DNA of 64,000 bases. It comes from an uncultured virus (IMG/VR IMGVR_UViG_3300031665_000001) (Duplodnaviria > Heunggongvirae > Uroviricota > Caudoviricetes). Where the stretch lies: IMG/VR virus record IMGVR_UViG_3300031665_000001; one strand, written 5' to 3'. The translations under genes and the position numbers were made by a program. Of this stretch, positions 8,442 through 19,195 are shown piece by piece; within the stretch, counting starts at the first letter, position 1, and each line of letters begins with the position of its first letter. Under the pieces are notes generated by a model, which had not been told where the DNA came from, did not search any database, and saw only the letters and a program-made list of their open reading frames with translations.

Positions 8442-8470
8442 ATTATATAACACTTTTTACATTAAATCAA
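8442..8470 (-). promoter_or_regulatory. sigmaA-like promoter for tRNA-Thr/ncRNA/holin
   Basis: minus strand TTGATT-17 bp-TATAAT. Confidence 0.65.
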
Positions 8471-9242
8471 GGTATTTTTTTATTCAATGCATTAAATAAA
8501 AATTCTTCCCATGGTAATTTTGATGATGCTCTGAAATGCTTCATCCATACTTGCCAATACTCAGGTGAGATTATTTTAGCATATTCTTCTAATTTACTTA
8601 CATTATTTTTTTCTTCTTTATAATTGATACCGAAATAATCACAAATACCTTTTAATACTTCAATTGCACATTCTTGTTGATATGATAAATTCCTCATTAA
8701 ATTGGCTTCAACATGATTGCTCATGAAGCCACACTCTAGGAGTACTGCTGTCATTTTAGTTTCCCTCAATTCGTGGAATCCTGATTTATAAATAACGGTA
8801 TCTTTTTTTACTCCCCTATCCTTTAAATTAGTACCTTGTAATAATTGTTTGTGTATTGCAGTAGCTAATTTTTTACCTTCTATACTCCCATCATGATAAT
8901 ATGTTTCAATACCACCTATATTATCATCCCATTTATCACCCATCGAATTAAAATGATAAGATATATAAATATATTTTTTATATTTTCCTAAATCATATTG
9001 TACATTCGCCCTATCTGTCCTGGTTTTTAATACTGTATCTGTTCTCTCAGGACTAACATCATATGTAACAAATCCAAACTCTTTACAAGCTTGTAAGAAA
9101 ATTGTCTTAGTTGGAGTATTAAATTCATTCTCACAAATTACAGAACCATCTTCAAATTTAGGTGTCCTTTTTCCTGCAGTCTCTAAACCATCCGATGACC
9201 ATCATTACCTATGATTAAAATATCTTTTGGTAATAATGACAT
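8467..9242 (-). pseudogene. N-acetylmuramoyl-L-alanine amidase endolysin (Amidase_3) frameshifted by a 5-nt insertion at 9190-9194
   Basis: RBS and ATG at 9242 give MSLLPKDILIIGNDGH; another frame continues GLETAGKRTP...ENEFN...RTDRAN...SYHFNS...LLECGFMSN; deleting CGGAT gives one 256-aa ORF. Confidence 0.85.
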
Positions 9243-9395
9243 ATAGCATCACTTCCTTTCTTAAAATAAAATCCCTATAATACCTATTATACTAATTATA
9301 CCATTAAAACAATATGTTTTTTAAAATAAATACAGTATTAAAAAATAATATTTAAATAATGTATTTATCAGCGTTTATGTAACATACATAAAAAA

Positions 9396-9422
9396 ACTCT
9401 TGTATCAATAGATACAAGAGAT
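9396..9422 (-). terminator. terminator after the tail module
   Basis: CTCTTGTATC-AATA-GATACAAGAG followed by a T run on the minus strand. Confidence 0.7.
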
Positions 9423-9426
9423 ATTT

Positions 9427-11130
9427 TTACAATTTGATTGCCTTGATATATGATCCTTTATCAACTTGCATGGCAGTAGCATCACTTGTATTCTGTGCCC
9501 ATTGCATTTGTAAAATACATCCACCATCACCAGTTTTAATTAAAATCTTTTCATAGTGTGGCATTTCACCAGTCGCTACCGTACCCATTAAAACGGATGC
9601 AGCAAGAGCATAATTATTCATTTGTAATGCACAATCTGTATAAACTGTAGTACCTGTAGCTGCTGATATTGTAACCCTTCCGTCACTGAATACTTCATAA
9701 TCCCCACTAACAGACCAGGCGACTTTTAAATCAGGAGTAGCACTTCCAGAACTATATATTAAAACTAATTCAACTTCAAACAAACTATTAGAAGGTAATT
9801 TAATAATTAATTCATTATCATTTTGTAAAGTTGTGCTTGACGTAACTGTTTCATCATAGTATTTAACAACATTTATAGGAACACTTTTACCATCAGTTAT
9901 CAATGGTATCATGTTATTATTACTGATGGTAAAATCTGTTACAAAATAATATTGATTATTTGCACCTGTTGAAAATCCTACATCACCACTGGCAGTGGCT
10001 GAAATAGTAATAGGATATTCAGCATATACAGGTTTCATACCATCTACTTCTAATCTTGCTCTTATAACATTATCAGGTGTTTTATCTATCCACAGCATCA
10101 TTCTATCACCAGTAGCAATACTTCCAGATAATGAACCTGTGGCAACATAAGAACCTGAACCACTTACATATTCGTATATCTTCAAATCATCATGAATATC
10201 AATCCTAATATAATTAGAGGCATCAACATACCAGGTAATACTACCTCCATAAGTAGCTATTTTAGAATACATTTCGCATTTAAATGAAAATGAATTTACA
10301 TCGTTCATTATCTCTATCATGTCATTATATGATTCATCAGCATATTGAAAACCTTTTTTACCTATTTTTTTATCAAAATATACTAAAGTATCTGTATCAT
10401 TACCTATCCATGGTGATTCATCATAATTATCTGAACCATCATTTACAATAAAAGGTGATGAAACACCTGACACTTGTCTAACCATATATAATTTATTACA
10501 TATGATATATTCATTTTGAGCTGATGCTGTTGTCGCGGCATATATAGCAACAAATGTTATATCATCCCATCCACTAGGTGAACCATCAGTTCCAAAAGAA
10601 CTTTTATCAATATTGTAAAAATTCCAACCAGTTGAATAACTACAGAACTTATAATAACAATTAGAAGCATCTGTACCTACTCTTAATAGAATACTACTGA
10701 ATTTAGTACTATCTGATATATAAAATACAAATACTATATTATCATCTGAACCTTCTGCAGCACCAGAAGGATATGTTGTACAATCTACACTAGTGATTGT
10801 ATCTGTAATTTCAAGTGTTCCAGATGATGCATCTGAATCTAGCATCTTAACCCCTCCTATACCACAGATTACATCGGTATATATTACTGTTGATGCTGTT
10901 ATTGTACCAGATGTACCAAAGTCACTATGATTCTCAAAATTATGTATTTCTCTAACATTGTTTTCGATACCATAATCTAACATATTATTGGCATTTATAG
11001 AATTTGAATAATTTAATTCTTCCATTACTTTTGTTAATGTTATTTCATTTTTATTTAAATTTGTTTCGTCTAGTGCAGGAATAGTACCATTAACAAATGT
11101 ATTTTCTGTCCAATTTCTAAAGTTTGACAA
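9427..11130 (-). CDS. putative receptor-binding/tail tip protein, paralogue 2
   Basis: end of tail module; beta-rich S/T/G/D composition; colinear with 11502-13220; TTG start. Confidence 0.7.
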   Translation of the reverse strand: MSNFRNWTENTFVNGTIPALDETNLNKNEITLTKVMEELNYSNSINANNMLDYGIENNVREIHNFENHSDFGTSGTITASTVIYTDVICGIGGVKMLDSDASSGTLEITDTITSVDCTTYPSGAAEGSDDNIVFVFYISDSTKFSSILLRVGTDASNCYYKFCSYSTGWNFYNIDKSSFGTDGSPSGWDDITFVAIYAATTASAQNEYIICNKLYMVRQVSGVSSPFIVNDGSDNYDESPWIGNDTDTLVYFDKKIGKKGFQYADESYNDMIEIMNDVNSFSFKCEMYSKIATYGGSITWYVDASNYIRIDIHDDLKIYEYVSGSGSYVATGSLSGSIATGDRMMLWIDKTPDNVIRARLEVDGMKPVYAEYPITISATASGDVGFSTGANNQYYFVTDFTISNNNMIPLITDGKSVPINVVKYYDETVTSSTTLQNDNELIIKLPSNSLFEVELVLIYSSGSATPDLKVAWSVSGDYEVFSDGRVTISAATGTTVYTDCALQMNNYALAASVLMGTVATGEMPHYEKILIKTGDGGCILQMQWAQNTSDATAMQVDKGSYIKAIKL

Positions 11131-11487
11131 TTAAATCACATCCTTATCTTTTTCATCACCAATAACATCATAATTCCTTTTAATCTTTTGTTTTTCTATT
11201 TTTATTTTATTATTATCAAAGATCAAATTATATTTTCTACAACCTTTATGCGATAATCTATTTTTATTATCCGTTGTTTTCTTCAATATGATTGTTGCAG
11301 AACAAATATAATTATCTTCTTTCTCTGTACACGTATATTTGGTTATCCTTATTTCATTTCCTTCTTGAATAAAATCTAATATAATTTTAGCAAAATTAGC
11401 TTCTATATTAAATTTAAATTCTTTTGTCAATACGCCATCTATCCTATCTTTTTCACCTATCTTTGTAGTTGTTGATATTATATTCAT
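11131..11487 (-). CDS. hypothetical tail-associated protein
   Basis: RBS AAAGGAG; N-terminus resembles 13228-13638. Confidence 0.65.
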   Translation of the reverse strand: MNIISTTTKIGEKDRIDGVLTKEFKFNIEANFAKIILDFIQEGNEIRITKYTCTEKEDNYICSATIILKKTTDNKNRLSHKGCRKYNLIFDNNKIKIEKQKIKRNYDVIGDEKDKDVI

Positions 11488-11501
11488 GATTTTACTCCTT
11501 T

Positions 11502-13220
11502 CTATAGTTTTCTAGCTTTTATATATGAACCCTTATCAACTTGTATAATTGTTGTGCTAATATTATTTTGTGCCCATTGTAATTGTAGTTTACACCCACT
11601 GTCACCAGTTTTAATTAGAATCTTTTCATAATACGGTAATTCACCTGAACCAATAGTCCCAATTGCAACGGGTGTTGCAAGAGCATAATTATTCATATAT
11701 AATGCTATATCTTGATATGATGTTGAATTTACACCTGTTGCGATAATAACTCTACCATCACTAAATAATTCATAATCCCCACTAGCAGACCAGGCGACTT
11801 TCATACCTGGTGTAGTATTCGAACAACTATATATTAAAACCAATTCAACTTCGAACAAACTATTAGAAGGTAATTTAATAATTAATTCATTGTCATTTTG
11901 TAAAGTTATACTTAATATTAAAGCTTCATCATAATATTTAGTTACCATTATATTTGTTGATTTACTCCAATTAGATAATGGAATTGATGGATTACTACTG
12001 GCAACATAATCAGTAATAAAATAATATTGATTTGCATTATCATGTGTAATTCCTAAATCCCCACCCAAAGTAGATGAAAAAGAACTAACAGCCTCAGCAT
12101 ATACTGGTTTCATACCATCTACTTCTAATCTTGCCCTTATAATATTATCTGCTGTCTTATCTATCCATAATTCCATCCTATCACCAGATTCAATATTCCC
12201 AGACAATGAGCCTACAGCAACATAAGAACCTGAACCGTTAATATATTCATAAATAGTTAAATCATTTTCAATAGATATTGAAATCCAATTATTATAATCT
12301 ATATGCCATATTATAGTACCTCCATAATAATCTATCTTAGAATACATTTCGCATTTAAATGAAAAACAATTTACGTTACTCATTATTACTACTTTATCAT
12401 ACGAATATGGTCTTGCATTATGTAGCCCTTTCTTTCCAATCTTTTTATCAAAATATGTTACTATATATTCATTTCCTTCTAAATACATATTTGTATCATA
12501 ATTACCTTCCCCATCATTTACTATTAAAGAACTTGATATTGTAGTATCCGATATTCTTCTTATCAAATATAATTTATTTAATATAATATAATCTAATTGA
12601 CTATTGTTTTTAGTCGATACATATATTCTTACGAATGTTATATCATCCCATCCACTAGGTGAACCGTCAGTTCCAAAATCACTTTTTTTAGCACTATAAA
12701 AATTCCATCCAGTAGATAATGATATATATTTATAGTAACAATTAGAATCATCATCACCTAAACGTAAAAGTAAAGTAGTAAATACTGTACTATCAGAAGC
12801 ATAAAAACATAATGTAATATAATCTGATGTACTTGCACTAGCACCAGAAGGATAAGCAGTCAAATCAATAGATGTAATATTGTCGTATACACCAATACTA
12901 GATGCTGATGTTACATTACTTTGCATGGTAATACCACCGATTCCACAGATAACATCTGATGATTTTACTTGATCAAGTGACATGTCGCCATTAGTAGTAA
13001 AATCACTTATATTCTCAAAATTATGTATTTCTTTAACATTATTTTCAATTCCGTAATCCAATGCTTGTTTTAATGATGTATTGTTGTATGAGTTTAATTC
13101 TCCCATTATGCCAGTTAATGCTGTTTCATTTTTATTTAAATTAACAGTAGTAAGATGAGGTGCAGAACTATTCACATATGTTACTGGTGTCCAATTTGCA
13201 TAATTAGACAATATAATCAC
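11502..13220 (-). CDS. putative receptor-binding/tail tip protein, paralogue 1
   Basis: shares FGTDGSPSGWDDITFV, FSFKCEMYSKI and LQNDNELIIKLPSNSLFEVELVLIYS with 9427-11130; true start may be the TTG a few codons in. Confidence 0.7.
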   Translation of the reverse strand: MIILSNYANWTPVTYVNSSAPHLTTVNLNKNETALTGIMGELNSYNNTSLKQALDYGIENNVKEIHNFENISDFTTNGDMSLDQVKSSDVICGIGGITMQSNVTSASSIGVYDNITSIDLTAYPSGASASTSDYITLCFYASDSTVFTTLLLRLGDDDSNCYYKYISLSTGWNFYSAKKSDFGTDGSPSGWDDITFVRIYVSTKNNSQLDYIILNKLYLIRRISDTTISSSLIVNDGEGNYDTNMYLEGNEYIVTYFDKKIGKKGLHNARPYSYDKVVIMSNVNCFSFKCEMYSKIDYYGGTIIWHIDYNNWISISIENDLTIYEYINGSGSYVAVGSLSGNIESGDRMELWIDKTADNIIRARLEVDGMKPVYAEAVSSFSSTLGGDLGITHDNANQYYFITDYVASSNPSIPLSNWSKSTNIMVTKYYDEALILSITLQNDNELIIKLPSNSLFEVELVLIYSCSNTTPGMKVAWSASGDYELFSDGRVIIATGVNSTSYQDIALYMNNYALATPVAIGTIGSGELPYYEKILIKTGDSGCKLQLQWAQNNISTTIIQVDKGSYIKARKL

Positions 13221-13227
13221 TTCCTTC

Positions 13228-13638
13228 TCATTTTATCTTTAAGTTTGTATTTTTAGCAGGAATCCTTGATTCTTGAACTATAATATCTTTACCATCGACT
13301 ACTTTTGGTTTAAGTTCAGTATCTATTTTTTTTACGTATCCTGGTACATATTCATGTATATCTAAAACACAAATGCAATTATAACAATCTTTTGTAACTT
13401 TCTCTTTTAAGATTGATTTTTTTTGTGTATCAGGATCAATAACTTGTACATCTGTTGATACTTCAATATTCTGTCTTTTAAAAACTAGTTTTTTTATTGT
13501 TATATCAAGACCATTTTTAACTTCATCCATTAAAGACTTCATAAAATTAACCTGTGCATTTAATTTAAAATCTTCTTTCAAATTACCATTTGCCTTTACA
13601 TCTTCTGTTACTTCTATATTTGAACTTAATGTTTTCAT
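13228..13638 (-). CDS. hypothetical tail-associated protein
   Basis: RBS AAAGGAGG; similar to 11131-11487 (FKxNxxxNF). Confidence 0.7.
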   Translation of the reverse strand: MKTLSSNIEVTEDVKANGNLKEDFKLNAQVNFMKSLMDEVKNGLDITIKKLVFKRQNIEVSTDVQVIDPDTQKKSILKEKVTKDCYNCICVLDIHEYVPGYVKKIDTELKPKVVDGKDIIVQESRIPAKNTNLKIK

Positions 13639-13655
13639 ATTACATTACCTCCTTT

Positions 13656-14192
13656 TTAACTTAATGTTATTACATATTCTATAAGCAATTCTTCACTTCC
13701 TGACTTAGTATATGACCATAGTACATGTGATAATAAATACCCTGTATCAACTGTTCCACTAGCAGTAGAACCACCAAATATACCAACTTCTTCAATACTA
13801 CCTACATAATCTGTGGTTGTTATATAAAATGATGCATTAACTGTAGTAGTTAATGCGTTGTCTATAGCTACATATGGCATCCTGAATACTTCTGCACCAA
13901 GTACAGAATCAGTAGCCGTAACTGCTGTATTATCTGTACCTATAGCACAGTATTTAATTTCATAATATAAACTTAATGAATATCCTAAAAATGCTCTAGC
14001 TATTCTATAATGTACATCAGTCATAACAAGATTATGTTTTTCATCAATCTGTTTCTTCTTCCCGTTTTTTATAGAATAAAAATTATATACACCATCTATT
14101 TTACATGTTTCAATAGATTTGGGTTTTATTATTCTCTGATGTTTCTTAAGTAATCTTCTTTTTATAATATACAAATTAATCCCCCTAATCAT
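13656..14192 (-). CDS. minor tail/baseplate protein
   Basis: AIGTDNTAVTATDSVLGAEVFR...EEVGIFGG motif typical of tail-fibre attachment proteins. Confidence 0.7.
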   Translation of the reverse strand: MIRGINLYIIKRRLLKKHQRIIKPKSIETCKIDGVYNFYSIKNGKKKQIDEKHNLVMTDVHYRIARAFLGYSLSLYYEIKYCAIGTDNTAVTATDSVLGAEVFRMPYVAIDNALTTTVNASFYITTTDYVGSIEEVGIFGGSTASGTVDTGYLLSHVLWSYTKSGSEELLIEYVITLS

Positions 14193-15648
14193 TTACAGTA
14201 TCAGTATCAGTTATAGTACTTGGATATAAATCTACTGCAGGATATAAGTCCGTTGCAGGTGTAAGTGGAGTTATTTCATAAAATGTATATTCACCCGCCT
14301 GTGATATTGTTTCATATACATCATGTACATATACTACTATTTCATCAGTATCTACACTTATTTTTGTCGCTTCAATTATATTCTTAAAAAAATCTTCCCA
14401 CCCACCAGTGTTAGGACTATCTAAAATTTCATAATCATACGTTATTGCATTAACACTTCTAGGGGTCCATGTACAACTTTTTATTAAAAAGTATTCATAT
14501 ACAGTTCTCAAATCACTCATATTTACTAATACTTGCTCACCTGGTTCATATGTTTTACTATACATTCTATAAGTAAATGTATCTGCCGTATTGGCGTATT
14601 TCTCAAGAAGATTATTACCATAAAGTAAAGCATCCGTCAAATTTTCTATTTTACTATTGTATTCATAAGCATCATAATAACCCCTAGACGATATTTCATT
14701 TGTATCATGTGTAACAATGATTAATGGTATAAGACCATAATATGTAATTCTTATTTGATCTGTAGCTGTTAATACTGATTCATTCTCATCATGCGTTAAT
14801 TGAGAACTTCCGTAACTCCACCACCATTGTTTACTTTCTCCTTCGTCCAATCCCCTTACACCAACATCTTGTACTACCCATCCACTACCGGTATTAACCT
14901 CAACCAAAGGTTCTAGACCTATTTTATATTTAACAAAAAATTCTCTGTTACTGGAATTAGGTGTTGGAGTAGGAGTCTTTTGAGTCTGGATAACAGATAA
15001 TCTATCTTGACCTTTTACATATTGCCTGTTCCTATAATTTTCCATTGTTCGTTTTCTTCTAAAATCATTTATAATACTTGTCAATGATGAATCAACAATA
15101 GGAGTACTTGATATAGAATATCCTATAATTTGAAAAGATAATTGTTTATTCTTATCTACATTCCAAATATAGTTACCAAAACTTTTTAAATGATTTAAAG
15201 CAGAATGGCCATATACATATGAAAAAGGTACTTTATTTATAATAGTTGTAGGTGTTATTGTACCTGCTGTAATACCATAACTTGCGAAGAAATTATCTAT
15301 TAAATATGTTACCATTTCAGTTATAGTATAGTTACTAAATCCTTTTACAATTAAAGGTCTTTCCACTAATTCATTATAATCTGTAGCAACAACATTATAT
15401 TCTAATCTTCCTACACCTGGTGAATAATCATCTAAATCCTTTATATATCCTCCCCATAAAAAAGTAGTATCTTCATAGAATGTAACTTCTGTACCAGCGT
15501 CAATTGTTGCACCATTTAAATCTTTAATGTTGAATGAAAAAGTTGATTTAGTACCAACACTTTCATTAACAGACCATGTATTTTGTTCAATTTGTACTTC
15601 TGTACCTGTATCTTTATTTCCACCAAGATATACATGTCTTATACCCAT
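14185..15648 (-). CDS. baseplate hub/minor tail protein
   Basis: directly after tape measure; hub-like WGGYI and YIWNVDKNKQLSF motifs. Confidence 0.7.
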   Translation of the reverse strand: MGIRHVYLGGNKDTGTEVQIEQNTWSVNESVGTKSTFSFNIKDLNGATIDAGTEVTFYEDTTFLWGGYIKDLDDYSPGVGRLEYNVVATDYNELVERPLIVKGFSNYTITEMVTYLIDNFFASYGITAGTITPTTIINKVPFSYVYGHSALNHLKSFGNYIWNVDKNKQLSFQIIGYSISSTPIVDSSLTSIINDFRRKRTMENYRNRQYVKGQDRLSVIQTQKTPTPTPNSSNREFFVKYKIGLEPLVEVNTGSGWVVQDVGVRGLDEGESKQWWWSYGSSQLTHDENESVLTATDQIRITYYGLIPLIIVTHDTNEISSRGYYDAYEYNSKIENLTDALLYGNNLLEKYANTADTFTYRMYSKTYEPGEQVLVNMSDLRTVYEYFLIKSCTWTPRSVNAITYDYEILDSPNTGGWEDFFKNIIEATKISVDTDEIVVYVHDVYETISQAGEYTFYEITPLTPATDLYPAVDLYPSTITDTDTVND

Positions 15649-15651
15649 TAT

Positions 15652-18396
15652 TTAACCTCCTTTGTGAGTTAGAACACCTAAATCATTCAATTCTTTTATT
15701 AATTGTTTTCCAACTGCTTTACCATTAGTCATAGAATCAGCATAAACATTTAATACAATAGCATTACTTGATGATACATTACCTGTTGTAGCTGTTGCTA
15801 TACCAGGTATACCTTTGCTAATCCCATTTGCCATACCTGATAAACCTGCTGATATATTACTAGATGCCATATTAGCGGCATTAGCAAGTTTTTTCTTATA
15901 TTCTTTAAAACCATTTAGCATCATATTCATTAAATTAGGAATCCATTTATCACTATCTTTACCTGCACCCTCTTTAGTTGGAGAAGCCCATCCCAAATAA
16001 TTTTTAACAGTAGAAGATATTGAACTTACAGTATTTTTAACAGATTGTATTTTACTCTTTATTCCATTTATAAGACTTTGTATCAAGTTTTTACCTGCAT
16101 TATATAGACTAAAATTTAAAATACTTTTAGCACTAGTTTTTAAACCTGTGAAAACTGTTTTGATTGAATTTACTTTATCATTTATTATAGTTCTCATTGA
16201 TGTAACTTTACTTTTTATAGTATTATAAATGCTTGAAAAAATGCTACTAGCAGTACTTTTAACACTATTGAATTTATCTCTAACACCAGAATAAATGCTA
16301 CTAACAATACTTACCACTGTATTTTTCATACTGCTAAATTTACTTGTTATCCCTGAATAAATACTACTAGCAATACTTACTACTGTATTTTTCATACTGT
16401 TAAATTTATTTTTTACAGAATCATATACATTGCTGACTACATTCACTAATGCTTGAGGTAATTTCTTAAACCAATTGATTATACCATTTACCATTTCAGG
16501 TATAACGGAATGACCTATTAATTTGTCGTATAAAAGTTTAAAGAAATCAATAACTCCTGTAACTATTCCAACTATAACATCTAATATTGCTAAACCTGCA
16601 TTTTTAAGAGCTTCTATAATACTTTGCCACATTAGATTCCAATATTTATCCATTTTCTCTGTTTCACCTGTAAATATAGCACTAAAACCATATATAAGAA
16701 ATCCAATAAAATTACTTAATGCTGTAAGTACATTTAGTACAACTGCAACTACATTGTCAAAAGATGCTATTATACCTTTTAATGCACCTAACCTCAATCC
16801 TTCTAATACTGAATATACTACACCTACTATTACCCCTAATGCTTTTAACAAAGGTTCAATTCCTGATAAAGATTGTTTAAAATCATCCCAGGCTTTTTTG
16901 ATAGTTTTCATATCAAACCCTTTTAATCCATCTAGCACAATTTTTATAGCACCATCATATAAACCTTTCAGTATACTACCAAATGATATTATATTATCAA
17001 TTATAGTTCCTAAATTATCTGCAAAAAATTTAATAATTTTAGAACCTTCTGTCATACTATTTATAAATAAGTTTATAAAGAACTTTGCTACTTTTTCTAT
17101 TGTTGGTTCTAATGATTTTAAATAATTTTTTAAAACATTAAAAGCATCTAAAAATGGTTTCATATCCATTTTAACAAGAGCATTAATCATATCTTCAATC
17201 GCGGGTAATGCTTTAGATTCAAACATATCTTTAAAATAATTTAATGCATCTCCTGCTTTACTTTTTAATTTATTAAATGCAACCTCTGCTTTATCTGCTA
17301 AAAAACCTAATCCATTCCTTAATTTTAGAATGATTACATATGCTTTAAATAATAAATTTTGAAATTCTTTAGGTATTAAATTTTTTAATGATTCATAAAT
17401 TGCATGTGTGTCGCCTGCTACAAACGCTTTAAAAAAATTAACTATTTTAGGAATCACCTTACCTAATGCATTATAAATAACATCAACACTTGCAGTTAAT
17501 TTTTTAATACCTGTAAGTGCTAAAGGTAATACTTTTGATGCTAATATATCGTACAAAGGTTTGGTTACTTTACCCCAGAAAATTTCTCCATATTCTTTTA
17601 TTTTTTGACTCTGACCTTTATATGTATTACTCAATGCATCCATTGTATCTTTAAATCTACCTGTACCACTAGTAGCTCTTTGTAATGCTTTCGTTACTTC
17701 ATCCGATGATACTTTACCAGCTCTCATTCTTTCCTGTAGTTCACCAAGTGTCTCTCCTGTTTCTTCTGCTATAAATTTTAATGGATTAAATCCCTGATTT
17801 ACCATTTGCCTTACTTCTTCTGCTTGAAGTTTACCTTTAGATATTACCTGACCATATGCTAAAGATAATCTATCAAATGCTGTAGCATTACCTATTGAAA
17901 TATTACCTAACATTTCCATTGATTCTATTACATCTTCTTGTGCTACTCCATAACCTAGCAAAGTTTTACTTGCTTTAGCATAATGAGTAATCTGAAACGG
18001 TGTTTCTGCTGCTAATATTATCATTTGCTCAGTCAGTTTATTTGCTGTTTTTGTACTTCCTACTAATGCCTCAATTGCTGCAGTTGTATATTCAAGATTT
18101 GTATTATAATTTAAACCTGTTTTTATACCATCTTTTATTATATTTACAAAATACATTATTGCATCGCCAGCAATATCCGCAATTTTTAAAGCCGCAAATA
18201 CACCTGCCATTTTTTTTAAAGTGCTATTAAATATACTTGATGCAGAATTAGCAGTTCTTGAAGCATTTCCAAAATCTCTTGTAGACCTACCTGCATTATC
18301 AGTATATCTTATGATTCTTTGTAAAGCTGTTAACACTTGTCTATCACCATTTACTTCCATTCTTAATAATAAATCTCCAATTGTAGTAGTTGCCAT
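15652..18396 (-). CDS. tape measure protein
   Basis: AAETPF...LLGYG...LAYGQVISKGKLQAEEVRQM tape-measure domain; 22-aa helical repeats; C-terminal SPTKEG. Confidence 0.95.
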   Translation of the reverse strand: MATTTIGDLLLRMEVNGDRQVLTALQRIIRYTDNAGRSTRDFGNASRTANSASSIFNSTLKKMAGVFAALKIADIAGDAIMYFVNIIKDGIKTGLNYNTNLEYTTAAIEALVGSTKTANKLTEQMIILAAETPFQITHYAKASKTLLGYGVAQEDVIESMEMLGNISIGNATAFDRLSLAYGQVISKGKLQAEEVRQMVNQGFNPLKFIAEETGETLGELQERMRAGKVSSDEVTKALQRATSGTGRFKDTMDALSNTYKGQSQKIKEYGEIFWGKVTKPLYDILASKVLPLALTGIKKLTASVDVIYNALGKVIPKIVNFFKAFVAGDTHAIYESLKNLIPKEFQNLLFKAYVIILKLRNGLGFLADKAEVAFNKLKSKAGDALNYFKDMFESKALPAIEDMINALVKMDMKPFLDAFNVLKNYLKSLEPTIEKVAKFFINLFINSMTEGSKIIKFFADNLGTIIDNIISFGSILKGLYDGAIKIVLDGLKGFDMKTIKKAWDDFKQSLSGIEPLLKALGVIVGVVYSVLEGLRLGALKGIIASFDNVVAVVLNVLTALSNFIGFLIYGFSAIFTGETEKMDKYWNLMWQSIIEALKNAGLAILDVIVGIVTGVIDFFKLLYDKLIGHSVIPEMVNGIINWFKKLPQALVNVVSNVYDSVKNKFNSMKNTVVSIASSIYSGITSKFSSMKNTVVSIVSSIYSGVRDKFNSVKSTASSIFSSIYNTIKSKVTSMRTIINDKVNSIKTVFTGLKTSAKSILNFSLYNAGKNLIQSLINGIKSKIQSVKNTVSSISSTVKNYLGWASPTKEGAGKDSDKWIPNLMNMMLNGFKEYKKKLANAANMASSNISAGLSGMANGISKGIPGIATATTGNVSSSNAIVLNVYADSMTNGKAVGKQLIKELNDLGVLTHKGG

Positions 18397-18447
18397 TAAT
18401 AAAACCTCCTCTCTATAAAATAAACCGATTTATAAAAAATAAATCGG

Positions 18448-18741
18448 TTACATTGATAATGTTCCTTGTTTGTCCAATATATCTTCTATTGGAACAGCAC
18501 CATCAAGATTCAAACCTTTTCTTTCTGGTTTCATCCCATGAATAGCTTTTTGGAAATTTATATCTTCAAGTCTTCTTTTATTTATTTTATTTATAAATAA
18601 TGCTATTTGACCTCTAGTAAGTTCCATACAATATTGAATTGACCAATTGTATTGATTCATCAATAAATCAAATACATCACCCCATCCTTGCGACTCATGA
18701 GTTTCTATAATGATTGAGCTGCTAGGGGAATCAAGTTTTTT
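18448..18741 (-). CDS. tail assembly chaperone, -1 frameshift extension (gpGT-like)
   Basis: slippery A AAA AAC at 18741-18735; the -1 frame stays open into MNQYNWS...ELTRGQIALF. Confidence 0.8.
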   Translation of the reverse strand, partial: KKLDSPSSSIIIETHESQGWGDVFDLLMNQYNWSIQYCMELTRGQIALFINKINKRRLEDINFQKAIHGMKPERKGLNLDGAVPIEDILDKQGTLSM

Positions 18742-19172
18742 AAGTACTCATAATTTAAAGAAATAGCTTTAGTTACTATATTTCCTACTTCCCTTTTTGT
18801 AGCATTAGATTTTATAATACTATCCATTGTAACTTCACCTTGTGTAGCAATAGTTGCTAATTCAACTAAACCATTCCTTAAAATCTTTTTCATTACTTTC
18901 TCCAATAATTCTCCAATATTTATTTTTTTAAATATTGAAAATAATGAATCTTCTTCATCAATTTCTGTTTTCAATATACCAGATAATTCTTTAACATATT
19001 TTAAAAAAGCATCTTCGAATTCATCACCTTTTAACCATGGTAATTCTTTTATAACTATTGTAGTATTTCCAAAATTACATGTTATACCTGTATTTTTAAT
19101 AACTTCTTCTTCTTTTCTTTCCTTATATCGTTCATATACTTTCATTTTATCTTCATTATTTATCTTTCCCAT
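18705..19172 (-). CDS. tail assembly chaperone (gpG-like)
   Basis: between major tail and tape measure genes; slippery site at YLKNL. Confidence 0.8.
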   Translation of the reverse strand: MGKINNEDKMKVYERYKERKEEEVIKNTGITCNFGNTTIVIKELPWLKGDEFEDAFLKYVKELSGILKTEIDEEDSLFSIFKKINIGELLEKVMKKILRNGLVELATIATQGEVTMDSIIKSNATKREVGNIVTKAISLNYEYLKNLIPLAAQSL

Positions 19173-19195
19173 ATTAATAAACCTCTCTTCCTATA

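Noticed and set aside
9427..13220. Diversity-generating retroelement or invertible tail-fibre switch
   Set aside because: No reverse transcriptase or invertase; the paralogues are direct, both coding, and differences are not adenine-specific
16523..17125. Antisense ORFs within long genes (e.g. 4111-4578, 21083-21430, 24947-25411, 31567-32094, 55744-56253, 56275-56562)
   Set aside because: Shadow frames of well-supported genes on the opposite strand
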